This document shows, piece by piece, positions 1 to 13,832 of a stretch of DNA of 64,000 bases (within the stretch, counting starts at the first letter, position 1; every line of letters begins with the position of its first letter). This DNA comes from Octopus vulgaris. Its lineage: Eukaryota. The position numbers and the translations under genes are program-made. The DNA lies in the NCBI GenBank assembly GCA_951406725.2, contig OX597834.1:42036001-42100000 (forward strand), written 5' to 3'. The notes under the pieces are model-generated. The model saw only the letters and a list, made by a program, of their open reading frames with translations, was not told the origin of the DNA and ran no database searches.

Positions 1-3000
1 TAGACCAGGAATTTGGCAATTAATACGATAGTTGTTCTCTACATCCCTATCAACAAACATTGCACCCAGAACTGGTCCCAACACACGCGTAATTCATCAA
101 TTTCTTCCTATCTATAGAAGGCAATTTCGCTAACCATGCGAGGTAGCATTTCCAAAATTTCAAAATAATCTCAAAAGCTAATGGCAATCAGACGTCCTAA
201 CAGTTTTGAATTCATAAAGCCAGATCTGAGAGAAGCCTGTTCTTGACACAAGGGGAAAAAGAAAAGAAACTACAGGTTATCAGTCGCTTAGGTCGCGAGG
301 AGGCTTGAATGAGGTGAGGGGTGAGTTAAAGGGGAAGTGGTGGATGGGATTCCTCACCCACCCCTCCAGATTGCCTCATCGCAGTCTGTGCTGGCTGAGT
401 ATCTCTGACCTGCACTATCAACTCTGTTCCATTGTTGGTTTTGTCCCCTACACTTTTCCTCCTATACATTAATAATCTAGTCTTTGGGTACCTTTTAGTT
501 GATTCCGTTCTGCCGTAAGTATTCAGACTAAGTCTCCGGTACTTGTATAGGTTGATGTTTCGATGTACTACTACATCTCTCGGGTTACAGTTTCTTCTTC
601 ACACCAGTCTTGGAGGTTTTGTAAAGTCCTGATAGTCACGTCGCCCCAGTTCTTGTTCACCTGGAGGTCTAAACCGAACCAGATCCCGAGTAGCTAAACC
701 GGTCCGTCTGTCCAGCGCCGTACGACGCTGTTGGACGGCATAGATCTGCCTTTCTAGGTGCGAGCTGCAAGCCTACTGATTTGTGTCTTAGTGAATGCGC
801 CTTAGCTCTGACAACGCAACCTTCGTGCTTTGCGTTTAAATGATTTCCCCGCAAGCACGTCGGTCGCGATCCCTTTCTTCAGTGCTTTTATGTTGTTCCA
901 TGTCAATTAATGTTTTGTATGTGAGCCCTTGAGGCCAATAATAGAATCAGTCATTACATTTGACAGAGTGATCTGAATGCTAAATGGTTAAGATACTCCG
1001 ATGTTCTTGATGAGTACACAAATGGTATAACTAGACCAATGCGAGAGAGGAGCGAGGAGTGGGTAGCCAAACCGGAAAAGCATTGTTGATATTCGATGAC
1101 GGCAAATGGCAACTGTGACGGCCTTGTGTTCTTCGAACTGGTTTTACATCATCGTAACTCATTTTTTTGTCTCTGTTTCCCATCTGCAGTAAGTCTTTCA
1201 AAGCCTTTGGCAGGAATTTCACAGACAAGCAGAATGTGCTTCAGCTGATCTTTCCGACGCTTCGTAAGACCATATCATTAAAATTTTTTGTTATATTTCT
1301 TTTTCCATTATAAGATACATTTTCGTTTGTTCAACGCATTATTTGGAGTACAAGAAATGAAAGAAATGAATACACTCCAAACAAGTAAGGAAGTTGAAGG
1401 AAAAGAATATTTTCGGTTTGGAAAGCAACTTTCTCGCATTAAATCATCATATACATGTATGTTTCTTGTGGCAAAACGCCATTCTCATTTCAGTAGAAAA
1501 CCATATTAAACCAAGAAGTGACCTTGTAGAGTTCGTTAAGATGTATTAATAATTAATCATTAGATGTCTCCTCGCTACATCTTATTATGAGGCTTTCCAA
1601 CAGCTTTGGGGGGGCAAGGTTTAGTCTTCATGTGTTTAACTACAAATGCACCTATTTCTTGTTATGCGTCAACCAAGTGAAACAGGTTCAAATATACACA
1701 CACAGTTGTAAGTACATAACAGGTACTTTATACTGGCTTCATTTGAAAAAAATAAATAGAAAAGAAAAGAAAAAAACAAACAAGCATAATTAGTAAAAGG
1801 ATGTGCGATCAAGCGAAATTAAGGAATTGAAAACATGCTCTCATTTCCTACAGCCAAGTATTTAATTATATCATTATATTTATGCTGCTTTAAACACATT
1901 CAATGTGACTTGCCAGTCTTTTTACAAGTAAATAACTCATGTAAAGTGACCCTGATAATGTTTCCATTTGCAAAAACAAACGATTTTATATAAATAGCCA
2001 GGAGACACTGCGTGAGTTTTCTTCCTTTCAAACACGATGAAGTTTAGATATTTAAATGTTGGCGAAGTTTAGCACCGAGTCCACCTTGATTGAACAGAAC
2101 TATGAACAAAGCCATTCCAGCCACGACTATCACATCGTTAAAAAACGCAAAATTTAAGCCCGTGACCGTACCAGGTGACGGTATTCTATCACTATCGGAA
2201 GCAAAAATCTTCGAAGCCATCAGAAGAGAAAACGAAGAAATCAAACAACAGGAGAGAAAAGCTTGAAAAAACCAACCTCGTCCTCAACCAATATGACCAT
2301 GTGGTCAGTGCCCTCGACTTGTCCATGCAAAACTCCACAGTTATCAACGCCATCGCCATAAAGGAAAGGTCCACGAAAGATCAAACCAAACTCTCGGATA
2401 CAAGCTGACAACGAAATGTAGTTTAACACCAAGTCCACCTTGATTGAACAGAACTATGAGCAAAGCCAGTCCAGTCATGACTATCACACCATTAAAACAT
2501 TTTCACTCATGTAGTGGACTATTTTCCCCCCAAAGTTTTTTTTTTTTGAAGATGGTGCGGTGTGGTTTGAAGTTCATTTGACTACTATTTCGAGCAGACC
2601 TAGCCACGGTACAAGGGTCCGTCTTTAATTTGTAAAAATTTAAGGTTTCTCGACAATCGAAAACATGACATACGTAGGTGTAGCTGTATGGTAAGAAGCT
2701 TGCTTTTCCACCACGTGTTTCCGGTTTCACTCCCACTGAGTGGCACCTGGGGTAACTGTCTTCTGCATAAGCCCGGGCCGACTAAAGCCTTGTGAAAGGT
2801 TTTGGCAGGCGTAAACTGAAATAAGCTAGGCAAACAGTCCACCTTGGACGACGTTTTTGTGTGGGCGCTTTGGAGATTGCTGTATGAGGTCGAACAACAA
2901 AACCTGGATGACATACCCTGTAACTATTCCACTGCTTAAACTACTTCTCTTTCGTTATACATGTTAACGTACAATAAACAAGGGTGGCTGCAGAAACGCG

Positions 3001-3026
3001 AATGGGTCTCACCCATTCGCGTTTCT

Positions 3027-3213
3027 GGCGGCGAGCTGGCAGAAACGTTAGCACGCCGGGCGAAATGCTCAGCGGTATTTCGTTCTATGTTCAAATTCCG
3101 CCGAGGTCGACTTTGCCTTTTATCCTTTCGAGGTCGATGTAATCGACTTAATCCGTTTGTCTGTCCTTGTTTGTTCCCTCTGTGTGTAGCCCCTTGTGGG
3201 TAGTAAAGAAATA
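3027..3213 (+). mobile_element. tRNA-derived SINE, family A (GGCGGCGAGCTGGCAG head), internally deleted
   Basis: B-box-like GTTCAAATTCC and shared body with more than 10 copies in the window. 22-bp target-site duplication (TSD) AGAAACGCGAATGGGTCTCACC at 2992-3013 and 3214-3235. Confidence 0.9.
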
Positions 3214-4659
3214 AGAAACGCGAATGGGTCTCACCTATGCCAACCCGTGCGTTGCAACGTCTGATGTACAAATGTGTGTTTGTGTTGTTTGTGTCGGTTT
3301 GTTAACGTCCTTAATCAATATTACTTTTTCACTCTCATCTCTCCCTATCTTTTGTCACTCATTCTCTCTTACCCTATATCTCTCCCAGTTTCTCTTTTCA
3401 CCTCCTATACCTTTCAATTTCCTTCTCTGTCATATGCAAACACAGTTTTATGTCAAGCACTCAATGTTTAAGCTAAGATTTTCTAGGATCAAAATATTCC
3501 CGTCTTTCCAATTTTGAGCAGACGATAATATTTACATAGGAGAAAAAGTATTGTTTGTTCAAAGTTTGCTTGATGACAACAGGTAAGTGACTGCACTCTT
3601 CGCAAAAAAAAACAAACAAACTTAGTAACGTAGACACGAGCAACTTATTTTCGAGAAGTGGACCGCACGGGACATGGTTCATCATCAAAGTTCAATGTCA
3701 TTTTTTGTTGGCCGTTCAGAAAAGTTCTGTCGTCTGCAGTTTGCCTGTCACTCGTCTGAAGTGTACAGCGAAGGTAAAGTACCTTATCTTAATAGAAGAA
3801 AAAAACGGCACTCCGTCGGTTACTTTGGTGGGTGCTCTACGAGCTTATTTTAATTTTTATATGGTTTCCTTATTATTAGAATAGTAAGAATTTTGAAAAA
3901 ATAATACATTTATAGGGCTAAGTATGTACAAAATAGCTGAAAAAAAGTAACCTTAAGTAATCTCCTTTGTAGATCCTACACCAAAGTAGCACCCTTTTGT
4001 TTTTTTGTTTGTTGGTTTTTTTACTGTTTAATATAAGCAGCCGAGTGCTTGAAGAATCACGTGTTCTGATGTAGTGGTTAAAATGTCAATCGTTATGACA
4101 GCGCACTCTTTGACATAAGCAGTCATGAACACAGAAGGAATGTTTATGCAGAAAAGATATTGAAAGATAAGAAAAAAATTTTAATTTTATGAAAAGAAAA
4201 GAAAACAAACAAAAAAATATGCTAGGTTTAAAAGTTAGCAAATAAACCGCTAGAAAGATAAGGTAGCCAAAATGGCAGAATGAGAGGAGGAGGAGGAGGA
4301 GAAAAGAAGGAAGAGGAAAATAAGATTTTAGAAAACGAAGGAAAATTATAGAAACAAAAGATGAAAAAACAAAAACAAAAACAAACCAAAGAAATTGTAA
4401 ACAAAGAAGAAAAGAAAGAACACAAAATTGAAAAAAATGCAACGAAAATAAAACTGTAAAAAAATAAAGAAAGAAGTTTAAGTTAAAAGAAAACAATAAA
4501 ACTTTAAAAAATTAAAACTGATTTAGTATGAAACAGTTTTGCAGAGAAAATCTGTAGGAAATGTTTGTCTGAATGCATTTAGAGGGTATCGCGTTTAATG
4601 TTTAATCCTAGCCATGATTATAGAGCTGAAAAAAAAAAAAAATTGTATCCCAGGGCTTT

Positions 4660-5810
4660 ATGCACAGAGCATGTGATAAGAGCAGTGTTAGAAAATGGGA
4701 CGAGTAATCATTGGCCGTTTGTTGTTGTTCCACTGGTGAAGTGTATTTTGTTTATAATAGAGTTGCCAGAACTTTTAATGGGATCTTATAATGGCATCAC
4801 TTCAAAAAAAAAAAACTCTGTCTTGAAAACATCCGAGCATATAATTGTATTTTACAAATGACATCATTTGGAACAAAAATTACCAGGGGAAGTGGGCTTG
4901 TGCCAACTTTTTTTTTTATTAAAGTTCAAGGACAACTTTATTGCAAAATTATTACAAAATAACGAATCACCATTTTTATAAATTTGTTTTCTTGGTGATA
5001 TTCAAAAAAGAAGACAATTTCGCATCAGAAACTGTCCAAGTCCACGATTAGAACTGATATTACAGCCGTGAGAAGGAAGTGCCTCATGAAATTATTTGGT
5101 CAAAAATTTTCGGAATGCTATAGAATGGACTTCAATTGGAGATTTTTTCCCAAAGGTGCCAAGCTAGCAGAATTGTTAGCACATTGCACGAAACGCTTTC
5201 CGGCAATTCTTGCGGTTTTACGTTCCGAGTTCAAATTCCACCGAGGTCAATATTACCTATTTCTTTATTGCCCACAAGGGGCTAAACACAGAGAGGACAA
5301 ACAAGGACAGACAAACGGATTGAGTCGATCATATCGACCACATTGCGTAACTGGTACTTATTTAATTGACCCCAAAAGGATGAAAGGCAAAGTCGACCTC
5401 GGCGGAATTTGAACTCAGAACGTAAAGACGGACGATATACCGCTGAGCATTTCGCCCGGCGTGCTAACGATTCTGCCAGCTCGTCGCCTTCTATATTACC
5501 GTTCACCCTTTCAGAGTCGATAAAATAAGTACCAGTTGAACACAAAGGTTCATGTAATCGACTAACCCTATTCCCCCCAACATTTCAGGCTCTGTGCTTA
5601 CAAGAAGGAAACGATTCTAAATTTCCAAGTTGCTATCCATGCCGTACGTATCCATCGACTTGCTGCTCCCGAATGTAAGGAAGCGCCATTTGGAGAAGAT
5701 AAACAAAAGATCGTTTTGAAGTGTCAAGACAGGAGCATCAAATCCATGAAGGAAACTCATCGTTCGTACGATACTTTGCTTTTTTATCAACGAAGACAAT
5801 GAATACAACT
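4660..5810 (+). pseudogene. Decayed Helitron Rep (N-terminal region), interrupted by nested SINEs at ~5155-5600
   Basis: Manual translation across frameshifts gives CCSTGEV, ENIRAYNCILQMTSFG, KVQGQLY and, after the SINEs, IVLKCQDRSIKSMKETHRSYDTL. These match Helitron RepHel motifs (NIR.YN..FQMTSFG, ETHRSYDALQYP). Confidence 0.8.
5155..5600. mobile_element. Nested family A SINEs: younger minus-strand copy (5258-5488) inside an older plus-strand copy
   Basis: The older copy is split at the insertion. TSD ATATTACC at 5250-5257 and 5493-5500. Confidence 0.8.
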
Positions 5811-6072
5811 TCAGTATTCGGACAAGATGGCGGGGGTCACTTCCTCCCCAAACTCCCTCCTGTGCACTTCGTTTGTTTGTTTTTTTTTCTTTGTTTCTTT
5901 CTTCCGTTTCCTTCCTTCGTTTCTTTCTTTCTTTTATTCATTCATTCATTGTTTGTTTGTTTGTTTCTTTCTTTCGTTTCTTTCTATCTTTTTGTCTGTC
6001 TGTCTGTTCGCCCGTCCATCTCTTTGTCTCTGTCTAGTAATATGGTTTTAAAAAATTCTTTGCGTATAAACG

Positions 6073-6415
6073 TGGCACTCTTTTCGGTTGCGACGACAAG
6101 GGTTCCAGTTGATCCGATCAACGGAACAGCCTGCTCGTGAAATTAACGTGCAAGTGGCTGAGCACTACACAGACACGTGCATACTTAACATAGTTCTCAG
6201 GGAGACTCAGTGTGTGTCAAGGCCGATCCTTTGCAATACAGGTACAACAGAAACAGGAAGAAAGAGTGAGAGAAAGTTGTGGCGAAAGAATACAGCGGGG
6301 ATCGCCACCACCCCTGCCGGAACCTCGTGGAACTTTAGGTGTTTTCGCTCAATAAACACTCACAACCACGATCCTACGACTGTGAGTCTACTGCCCTAAC
6401 CACTGGGCCATTGCA
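6073..6415 (-). mobile_element. SINE family C head with tail X
   Basis: Reverse complement matches the 22621-22999 copy. Confidence 0.85.
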
Positions 6416-6455
6416 CCCATTCTTTACGAAGATGTATGAAATGTATAGTAATATT

Positions 6456-6517
<62 letters not shown>

Positions 6518-7288
6518 TGATTTATCGGCGCCGGATCTTAATAGTACAGACTATTTTATTTGGTAAAGAGAAGCGAAGTGAGGAGTGAGGTAGAACTAGC
6601 GATAAACACATTTTGTTTATAGTGTTAACGTCCTGAACAAATCTACGTTAAGTGGAGCTGCACTTGAAAAATTATATAACAGCAGGGAACGATGTATAAG
6701 GTTTCATCTTGAATGAAAACGAACTGATCACAATATTTTTAAAAATATGAAACAGCGCCCAAATAAAATCACCGATGAATAAGCAAGAGTTAAGAGTTGC
6801 ATATAATATTATGTAATAAGCATCCGGCAACATTTGCTTACTCCATCTCTTACTCTGACGCTGTCTGTTGCTGTCTGGCATTCCCTCTCTCTCTCTCTGT
6901 CGCTCCCTCTCTCTCTCTCTGTCGCTCCCTCTCTCTCTCTCTTTTCGCGCCGACTAAAGAACCGTGAGAGCAGTTTCTGTCTAATGTGGGCGCGTACATG
7001 GTTGGATTGTAAGTAGTGCTCAAAGAACCACAATACGTGCGCAAGAAATTAATGTGCATAGGGAAATAATATAATTAATAATTAGACATAGTGCGCTCTT
7101 TGGCATACCTTCGATGTAATTTGGACGCTCACACATGCACTAAGTCACTGACACATACACACACACACACACACACACAACACAAACTTACAAAATGACA
7201 GAAATTTTTTCTAGTTTATATATTTTTGTGTGTGTACGTATATGTTCATGTGGATGTGCGTATATGTACGTATGTATTTTTGTGTATG

Positions 7289-7775
7289 TACCGTAAATCC
7301 TCGAGTATGGTCAACCCTTGAGTATAATACGCAGGGGATTTTTAAGGGGTTGTACCTCTGAAAAACCTAAACCTTGTGTTTAACACGCACCCCTTCTCTA
7401 ACTTGCGCCAAGGAGGTCTACATAACGTCCTTGGTTTGTAAAACTGTATACAGTAACATCCTTTATTATTATTGTATATATAACATAATGCAAACGTGTA
7501 GCATTTTTTGTGCATTTTGTTTGCAGAAAATAAAGAAATAACAGTAATAACGTTTAATAAATGTTGCTTACTGCAAGTTATGGATGATTCTTTTATGACT
7601 TCATTGCTTTCAGGCTTAGCTTAAGGTATTTTCGCGCCCGACATCACAAAATGTGTCTGAATAAGAATTGCCGGACAGCAAATATAAACTCGGACGTTGC
7701 TTAGAAAATATTTTTTCATTTTTAACCTCGTATATTGTACGCACAAGGGATTTTGACCGTTAAATTTTGGGGAAA
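7289..7775. mobile_element. Truncated non-autonomous Tc1/pogo-like DNA element
   Basis: Starts TA-CCGTAAATCCTCGAGTAT. The subterminal motif GTATAATACGCAGGGGATTTT recurs near 7729-7755. No right TIR seen. Confidence 0.45.
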
Positions 7776-8922
7776 TTTTTTATTTTTGTTAATCTCATAG
7801 CCTTGGAAGAACCTCCGCGAATCATTACTTTATTCGACCAACCTGCCGTGATTTTGAACTCTCTAATCAATAACGTGATAATGGCCACTGACGTCTGAAG
7901 AACCGAAACAAACCCAGAAGGCATAACCTTCCAACGCTGGACGATCTTATGGAGTTGCATCTGTTTCACGTCACATCTATATAAATTAGTCCATAGCATT
8001 GGATCCGTTCTCGCTTTTTACCTCATAGAAATCGCAATTTCAGTTATGTGCACGACCGAGATTTCGTCCAATGAACAGTTGTTGATCATGTGATAGCTCG
8101 GTGGTCTGACTAGAACTTACCGTGAGCGAGGCCTACAAAACCACAGTCTAAATGAGCACCAAAAATTCATAGTGTCTTGGGTCGAGTTGGCGTACACTCC
8201 CCTAACAGCTCTTTTCATAAGTTCATATTCAACCGGAATGATGAAAGAAGTAGACACAGCCCGGCATCTGAATATGTATTTGATATGTAAAATTTAACCC
8301 AGCTTTGAGTTTCTAACAAAGACTTCCTGTACGCGTCGTATTACGCTGGTTCACCTGAATGTTACTATTAATTGTATTACGCTCACCTTTCCCATTAATG
8401 TAACAAATAGATTATTTTTCCAAATAAATTAAGAAACTTTCCTTCTTGCAAATAGTCGTAAGCTTCGTACGTAACGAGATTGTAACAAAAGCATGGAATT
8501 AATGAATGTAGAATGCAATTATGTTTATCATAACTAATGAAATATTTCGCATAAAATAAGAGAAATGAAATTGTTTGATGTGTGTCACGGCGACTTCTTT
8601 TATGCGATTGCTCCCACCAACTTTAGAACCTGGCTTTGGTAATACAGCTCGTAACACAAAGACAAAAAAATGTTAAAACGAAACAAACAATATCTCTCCT
8701 TTTTATCGCGGATTAACAAAAACTCGTACACACACACACAAAAAAGCTGTAGTGTGAACAAATTTTATTAGGCCATTCCTCCCGTTGTGTTGGAATGCAC
8801 ATCGTCTATAACAAGTACAAAGGAATACTAAGTACTGCTCTTTGACCGATTTCCGCTTCACCTCGTCCGCAATGGCTTTCATTACAATCTACAAATGTAC
8901 AGACATAGGCAAGGCAGTGTAG

Positions 8923-8925
<3 letters not shown>

Positions 8926-8995
<70 letters not shown>
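8926..8995. repeat. (GA)n microsatellite
   Basis: Direct observation. Confidence 0.98.
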
Positions 8996-9002
<7 letters not shown>

Positions 9003-9967
9003 TGCTTATGGGTCTGTGTTTGTTGAAGACCATCGTAGTGTGACTGGTCATTAAATAGAAGGATGCTGTATCCTTAAATTGAATGAAAATCAGGTTGGCA
9101 GCATCTTTTATAAATAAATAAAACTCACGAACATTCAACCATATTTTATTGAAAGAAAACTGTGTATATAAATGCGCAACTCATCACCTATTCACTGGTT
9201 ATCACAAAAGAAACTAGGACAAGTTTTACTGCGTTGGCTTAAACATTAGCTATCTGGGAGAGAAAATGCAGATACAAATACCGCTGCACGTTTTCAAAGC
9301 TTGGGGAAGAGAACCGCGATGTCTTGTTTGAAGGCTATCTGTGGTCTGCTTGTGACCTGTCTTGAAGGCTAACTGCGGTCTTCCTTCCTTAAGTGGCTGA
9401 CGCAGTCTGCTGTGTGTTAAGCACCAAACTTAGCAAAACTAGACATTTCGAGAAAACCATATCACGCCACAGCTTCACGATGACTGCTCAATTTATTGAT
9501 CAATTATGTGAACGTGTAGTGGCATATTCGTGATCGCAAACTGATTATTTCGCGGTTGGGGTTCGAATCCCGACAAGCATATCTAGACTGTCGTACTGTA
9601 ACTCTTACATTCCCCACCACGTATCGGACTGTGGAGTTACGTCCTCGAAGCATCCGATTTGCGGGTCGCTTCTGGTTGTCTAATCAATTGTCTGTTTGTT
9701 CACGGTTTGCTTGATTAGAACAGATTATTGATTAGAACGTGGAAATAATACAAGAAACAAACTTTAAAATAACAACAAGACTTAATTCTTCTGCTAAATA
9801 ATAGAGAAGTCGAAATAAACACGCCGCAGATTCTGGTGGTTGTATAATTCATTCATCGCTTTGATAATTCAGCTCTGGCCATCATTGGTCACACGTGCTT
9901 TGTTATAACAACAAGAAAATAAGATGACTCGTCTTCATGAAAATCTCTCACCACACAGTCATAGATG

Positions 9968-10288
9968 TTTACGTTCTGAGTTCAAATTCCGCCTAGGTTG
10001 ACTTTGCCTTTCATCCTTTCGGGGTCGATAAATTAAGTGCCAGTTGCGAACTGGGGTCGATCTAATCGACTGGGCCCCTCCAAAAAAATTTCAGGCCTTA
10101 TGCCTAGAGTAGAAAAGAATATATATGTCATTACGTTCTGAGTTCAAATTCCGCCGAGGTCGACTTTGCCTTTCATCCTTTCGGGGTCGATAAATTAAGT
10201 GCCAGTTGCGTACTGGAGTCGATGTAATCGACCGGGCCCCCCACTTACCCCAAAATTTCGGGCCTTGTGCCTAGAGTAGAAAAGAATA
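9968..10288 (+). mobile_element. Two headless family A SINE units in tandem (tail variant ending GTAGAAAAGAAT)
   Basis: TTACGTTCTGAGTTCAAATTCC...TGCCTAGAGTAGAAAAGAAT occurs twice. Confidence 0.85.
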
Positions 10289-11124
10289 TATATGCAGAGG
10301 TAGGCTGCAACGTAGATTCAGGTTAGTTGTTTTAGAAAGTTTTTCGAACGATGCGATTAGATCCCCGATCCAATCCCACACAATACTTGACCGATCAAAG
10401 AACCGTTATTCAACCAATGTTCCAAACTCAAATGATAGGTCTTTAACGCGTGGAGCCTATAAAAGGCCAGTTGACTCCAATATACCACTAGAGAAATTCG
10501 TCTTACACAACCTAGTATGTAACTTGTTGTTGTTGTTCTTCTTCTTGTTCTTCTTGTTGTTGTTGTTGTTGTTGTTCTTGTTCTTCTTGTTCTTCTTCTT
10601 CTCCTTCTCCTCCTCCTCCTCTTCCTCCGTTCTACCTCTCCGTCTCCACTCATCTCCATCAAAACCACCCGTTTGTTATATAATCCGTAACGTCACGTGC
10701 ATGCATGTCTGATAGAACCCATCACGTGAACATGATACATAAGACGAAATCTTCCTCTTCTGTCGACTTAGGCCTGGCCATGATGACACATTTGACCCAC
10801 ATCCCGTTAATTAGGGGCTTGTGTCATATTGTTCTATCATTGTGCTTATCAAATCAAACAGCATTTGCAGTCATTGCTTTTCACATCTACATTTAAGCAG
10901 CACAATATTTACCCAGGATTCTCAGCTGGACGTAGCCTGTGAGATACCCATATCAGTCTTCTGAATATATTTCAGTATTTGACCAGTAATTGTTTCATCG
11001 ACCCCAAAGGAACAAATGTTGACCTCAGCAAGACGTGAACTCAGAACATACACTACCAGAAATAAATTCTGCCCAGCTCCTTAGCGACCCGTTAAAATAG
11101 TCTTTATGATGAAAACCATATACT

Positions 11125-11179
<55 letters not shown>

Positions 11180-11181
11180 TA

Positions 11182-11455
11182 TACTCTTACTCTTTTACTT
11201 GTTTCAGTCACTTGATTGCGGCCATGCTGGAACACCGCCTTTTGTCGAGCAAATTGACCCCAAGACTAATTCTTTGTAAGCCTAGTACTTATACTATCGG
11301 TCTCTTTTGTCGAACCGCTAAGTTACGGGGACGTAAACACACCAGCATCGGTTGTCACAATGAAGACACTTGCCTAAGGTGCCACACAGTAGGACTGAAC
11401 CCGGAACCATGTGATTGGTAAGCAAGCTACTTACCACACAGCCACTTCTACGCCT
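11182..11455 (-). mobile_element. SINE family B, internally deleted
   Basis: Head and tail match 11961-12373 in reverse complement. Confidence 0.85.
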
Positions 11456-11487
11456 ATACATACATATCTACATACATATATACATAG

Positions 11488-11630
11488 GCTAAGCACCTAG
11501 AAAAATTTGCACAAAAACCTACCAGATCTTGGTTTCCCGAAGAAAGAGCAAAAGAAACTGACGCGGGCTCTCCAAATCCAGTCTATTAGCGGCGCAGAGA
11601 AGAATTGTAAGACATTCCAAAGATCCTCAA
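11488..11630 (+). mobile_element. Possible C-terminal remnant of a restriction-like-endonuclease LINE
   Basis: Translation RALQIQSISGAE..CKTFQR resembles the C-termini of such ORFs. Short and frameshifted. Confidence 0.3.
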
Positions 11631-11960
11631 TCAGAGATTCCTTAGGGGAATAGACGCACACACTTGGTTATGAGCATTGCTAGCGACCAACACACTAACT
11701 CAACCACACGTTTGCTAACACCTGATACTCTCTTAATGCAAAAAGCTTTGTCGCTTTGTTAGCGACCGGCTTGGACTCACTTAAAAAAAAGAGACAGGCA
11801 TACAAGGCTATCCTGTTGATGTTGTCAAACTTCAAATGAAAGAGTCTTGCTTCTAGGTTAAACATAGGCTCTTTTTTCATTAGTGAGAAATTTGAAAAAG
11901 AAAAACTAGCGTAACATACATGCACGCATACATAATACATACATACATACATACATACAT

Positions 11961-12373
11961 AGGCGCAGGAGTGGCTGTGTGGTAAGTAGCTTGCTTACCA
12001 ACCACATGGTTCCGGGTTCAGTCCCACTGCGTGGCATCTTGGGCAAGTGTCTTCTACTATAGCCCCGGGCCGACCAATGCCTTGTGTGTGAATTTGGTAG
12101 ACGGAAACTGAAAGGATCCTGTCGTATATATGTATATATATATATGTGTGCGTGTGTGTGTGTTTGTGTGTCTGTGTTTGTCCCCCTAGCATTGCTTGAC
12201 AACCGATGCTGGTGTGTTTACGTCCCCGTCACTTAGCGGTTCGGCAAAAGAGACCGATAGAATAAGTACTGGGCTTACAAAGAATAAGTCCCGGGGTCGA
12301 TTTGCTCGACTAAAGGCGGTGCTCCAGCATGGCCGCAGTCAAATGACTGAAACAAGTAAAAGAGAGTAAAGAG
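11961..12373 (+). mobile_element. Full-length SINE family B (AGGCGCAGGAGTGGCTG head, internal TA/TG microsatellite, GAGTAAA tail)
   Basis: A/B-box-like head (TGGCTGTGTGG, GGTTCAGTCCC), many copies in the window, inserted in a (TACA)n tract. Confidence 0.92.
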
Positions 12374-13242
12374 TATACATACATACATACATACATACAT
12401 ACATACATACATACATACATACATACATACATACATACATACATACAAACAAACAAACAAACAGATGTACTCTGTTGTTGATGTGGAAATTTCAATGAAG
12501 ACGCCTTTGATCTAGGTTAGAAACCGGCTCTTTCTCTATTGGTAAGAAATCATGAAATAAAACTGAGCCATGAATGACATACATACTATATAATGCACTC
12601 ATATATATATATATAAACACACACAAACATTGACACAAAATATGGAGTATACAAACGAAACCTGTTTATTTACTTGAAGACGATGACGTCAGCAGGTTTT
12701 AATACCCTTGAGATGACGCTATTCTGAAATCCATCTTAAGGTTTCCTAATTCTGTATTCGCTTATTTGTGATTGCGTCATTGATATGAACCTGGGTGTTT
12801 TGCTAAACCCGTTGCGCTGCATGAATGTCTTACGTTGTACCCAGAACACCTAATTAACCTGTTAACAGCTGACTGCACCGTTATCAAAGCCGCCGTAACA
12901 TTCTTTTATCTTCTCTTTTTTTTATATTTTCTTTTTTCTTGTTTACACTTGTTTACAGTGTGGCCATGCTGGGGGCACTGCCTTGAAGAATTTTCAATCG
13001 ACACCCAGTGCTTATTATTGTTCTAACCCTGGTACTTCCGCTATCGACCCTCTTTCGCCGAATCGCTAATGTTACGAAGACGTAAGCACACCAACATCGG
13101 ATGTAGAGCGTGTGCGATGGAAAAACACACACACACATACACATGTACACACACGCATACACATGTACACAGTACACATGTGTGTGTCACACACATATGA
13201 CCCATCCTTGATTTTTTCCGACCTTTGTTTATATATATATTC

Positions 13243-13684
13243 TTTTACTCTTTTACTTGTTTCACTCATGTGGCTGTGGCCATGCTAGAGCACCGCCTTT
13301 AGTGGAGCAAATTGACCCCAGGACTTATTCTTTGTAAGCCTAGTACTTATTCTATTGGTTCTTGTTTGCTGAACTGCTAAGTTACGGGGACGTAAACACA
13401 CCAGCATCAGTTGTGAAACGATGTTGGGGGACAAACACAGACACACAAACACAGACACACACACATACACACACACAGACACACACACACACACACACAT
13501 AAATGTATATATATACATATATACGATGGGCTTTTTTCAGTTTCCGTCTAGCAAATCCACTCACAAAGCTTTAGTCGGCCCGCGGCTATAGTAGAAGACA
13601 CTTGTTCAAGGTGCCATACAGTGGGACTGAACCCGGAACCATGTGGTTCGTAAGCAAGCTACTTCCCACACAACCACTCCTACG

Positions 13685-13687
<3 letters not shown>
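13243..13687 (-). mobile_element. Full-length SINE family B
   Basis: Reverse-complement match to family B. Confidence 0.9.
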
Positions 13688-13728
<41 letters not shown>

Positions 13729-13793
13729 CATATGTATATGTATATATATATATATATGCACATATATGTATATATCTATCTATATATATATAT

Positions 13794-13832
<39 letters not shown>

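Noticed and set aside
1-130. Minus-strand VLGPVL, resembling RT motif B
   Set aside because: Too short; no QG before it or YxDD after it.
7790-8200. Possible mariner N-terminal relic
   Set aside because: Only vague similarity with many stops; cannot support.
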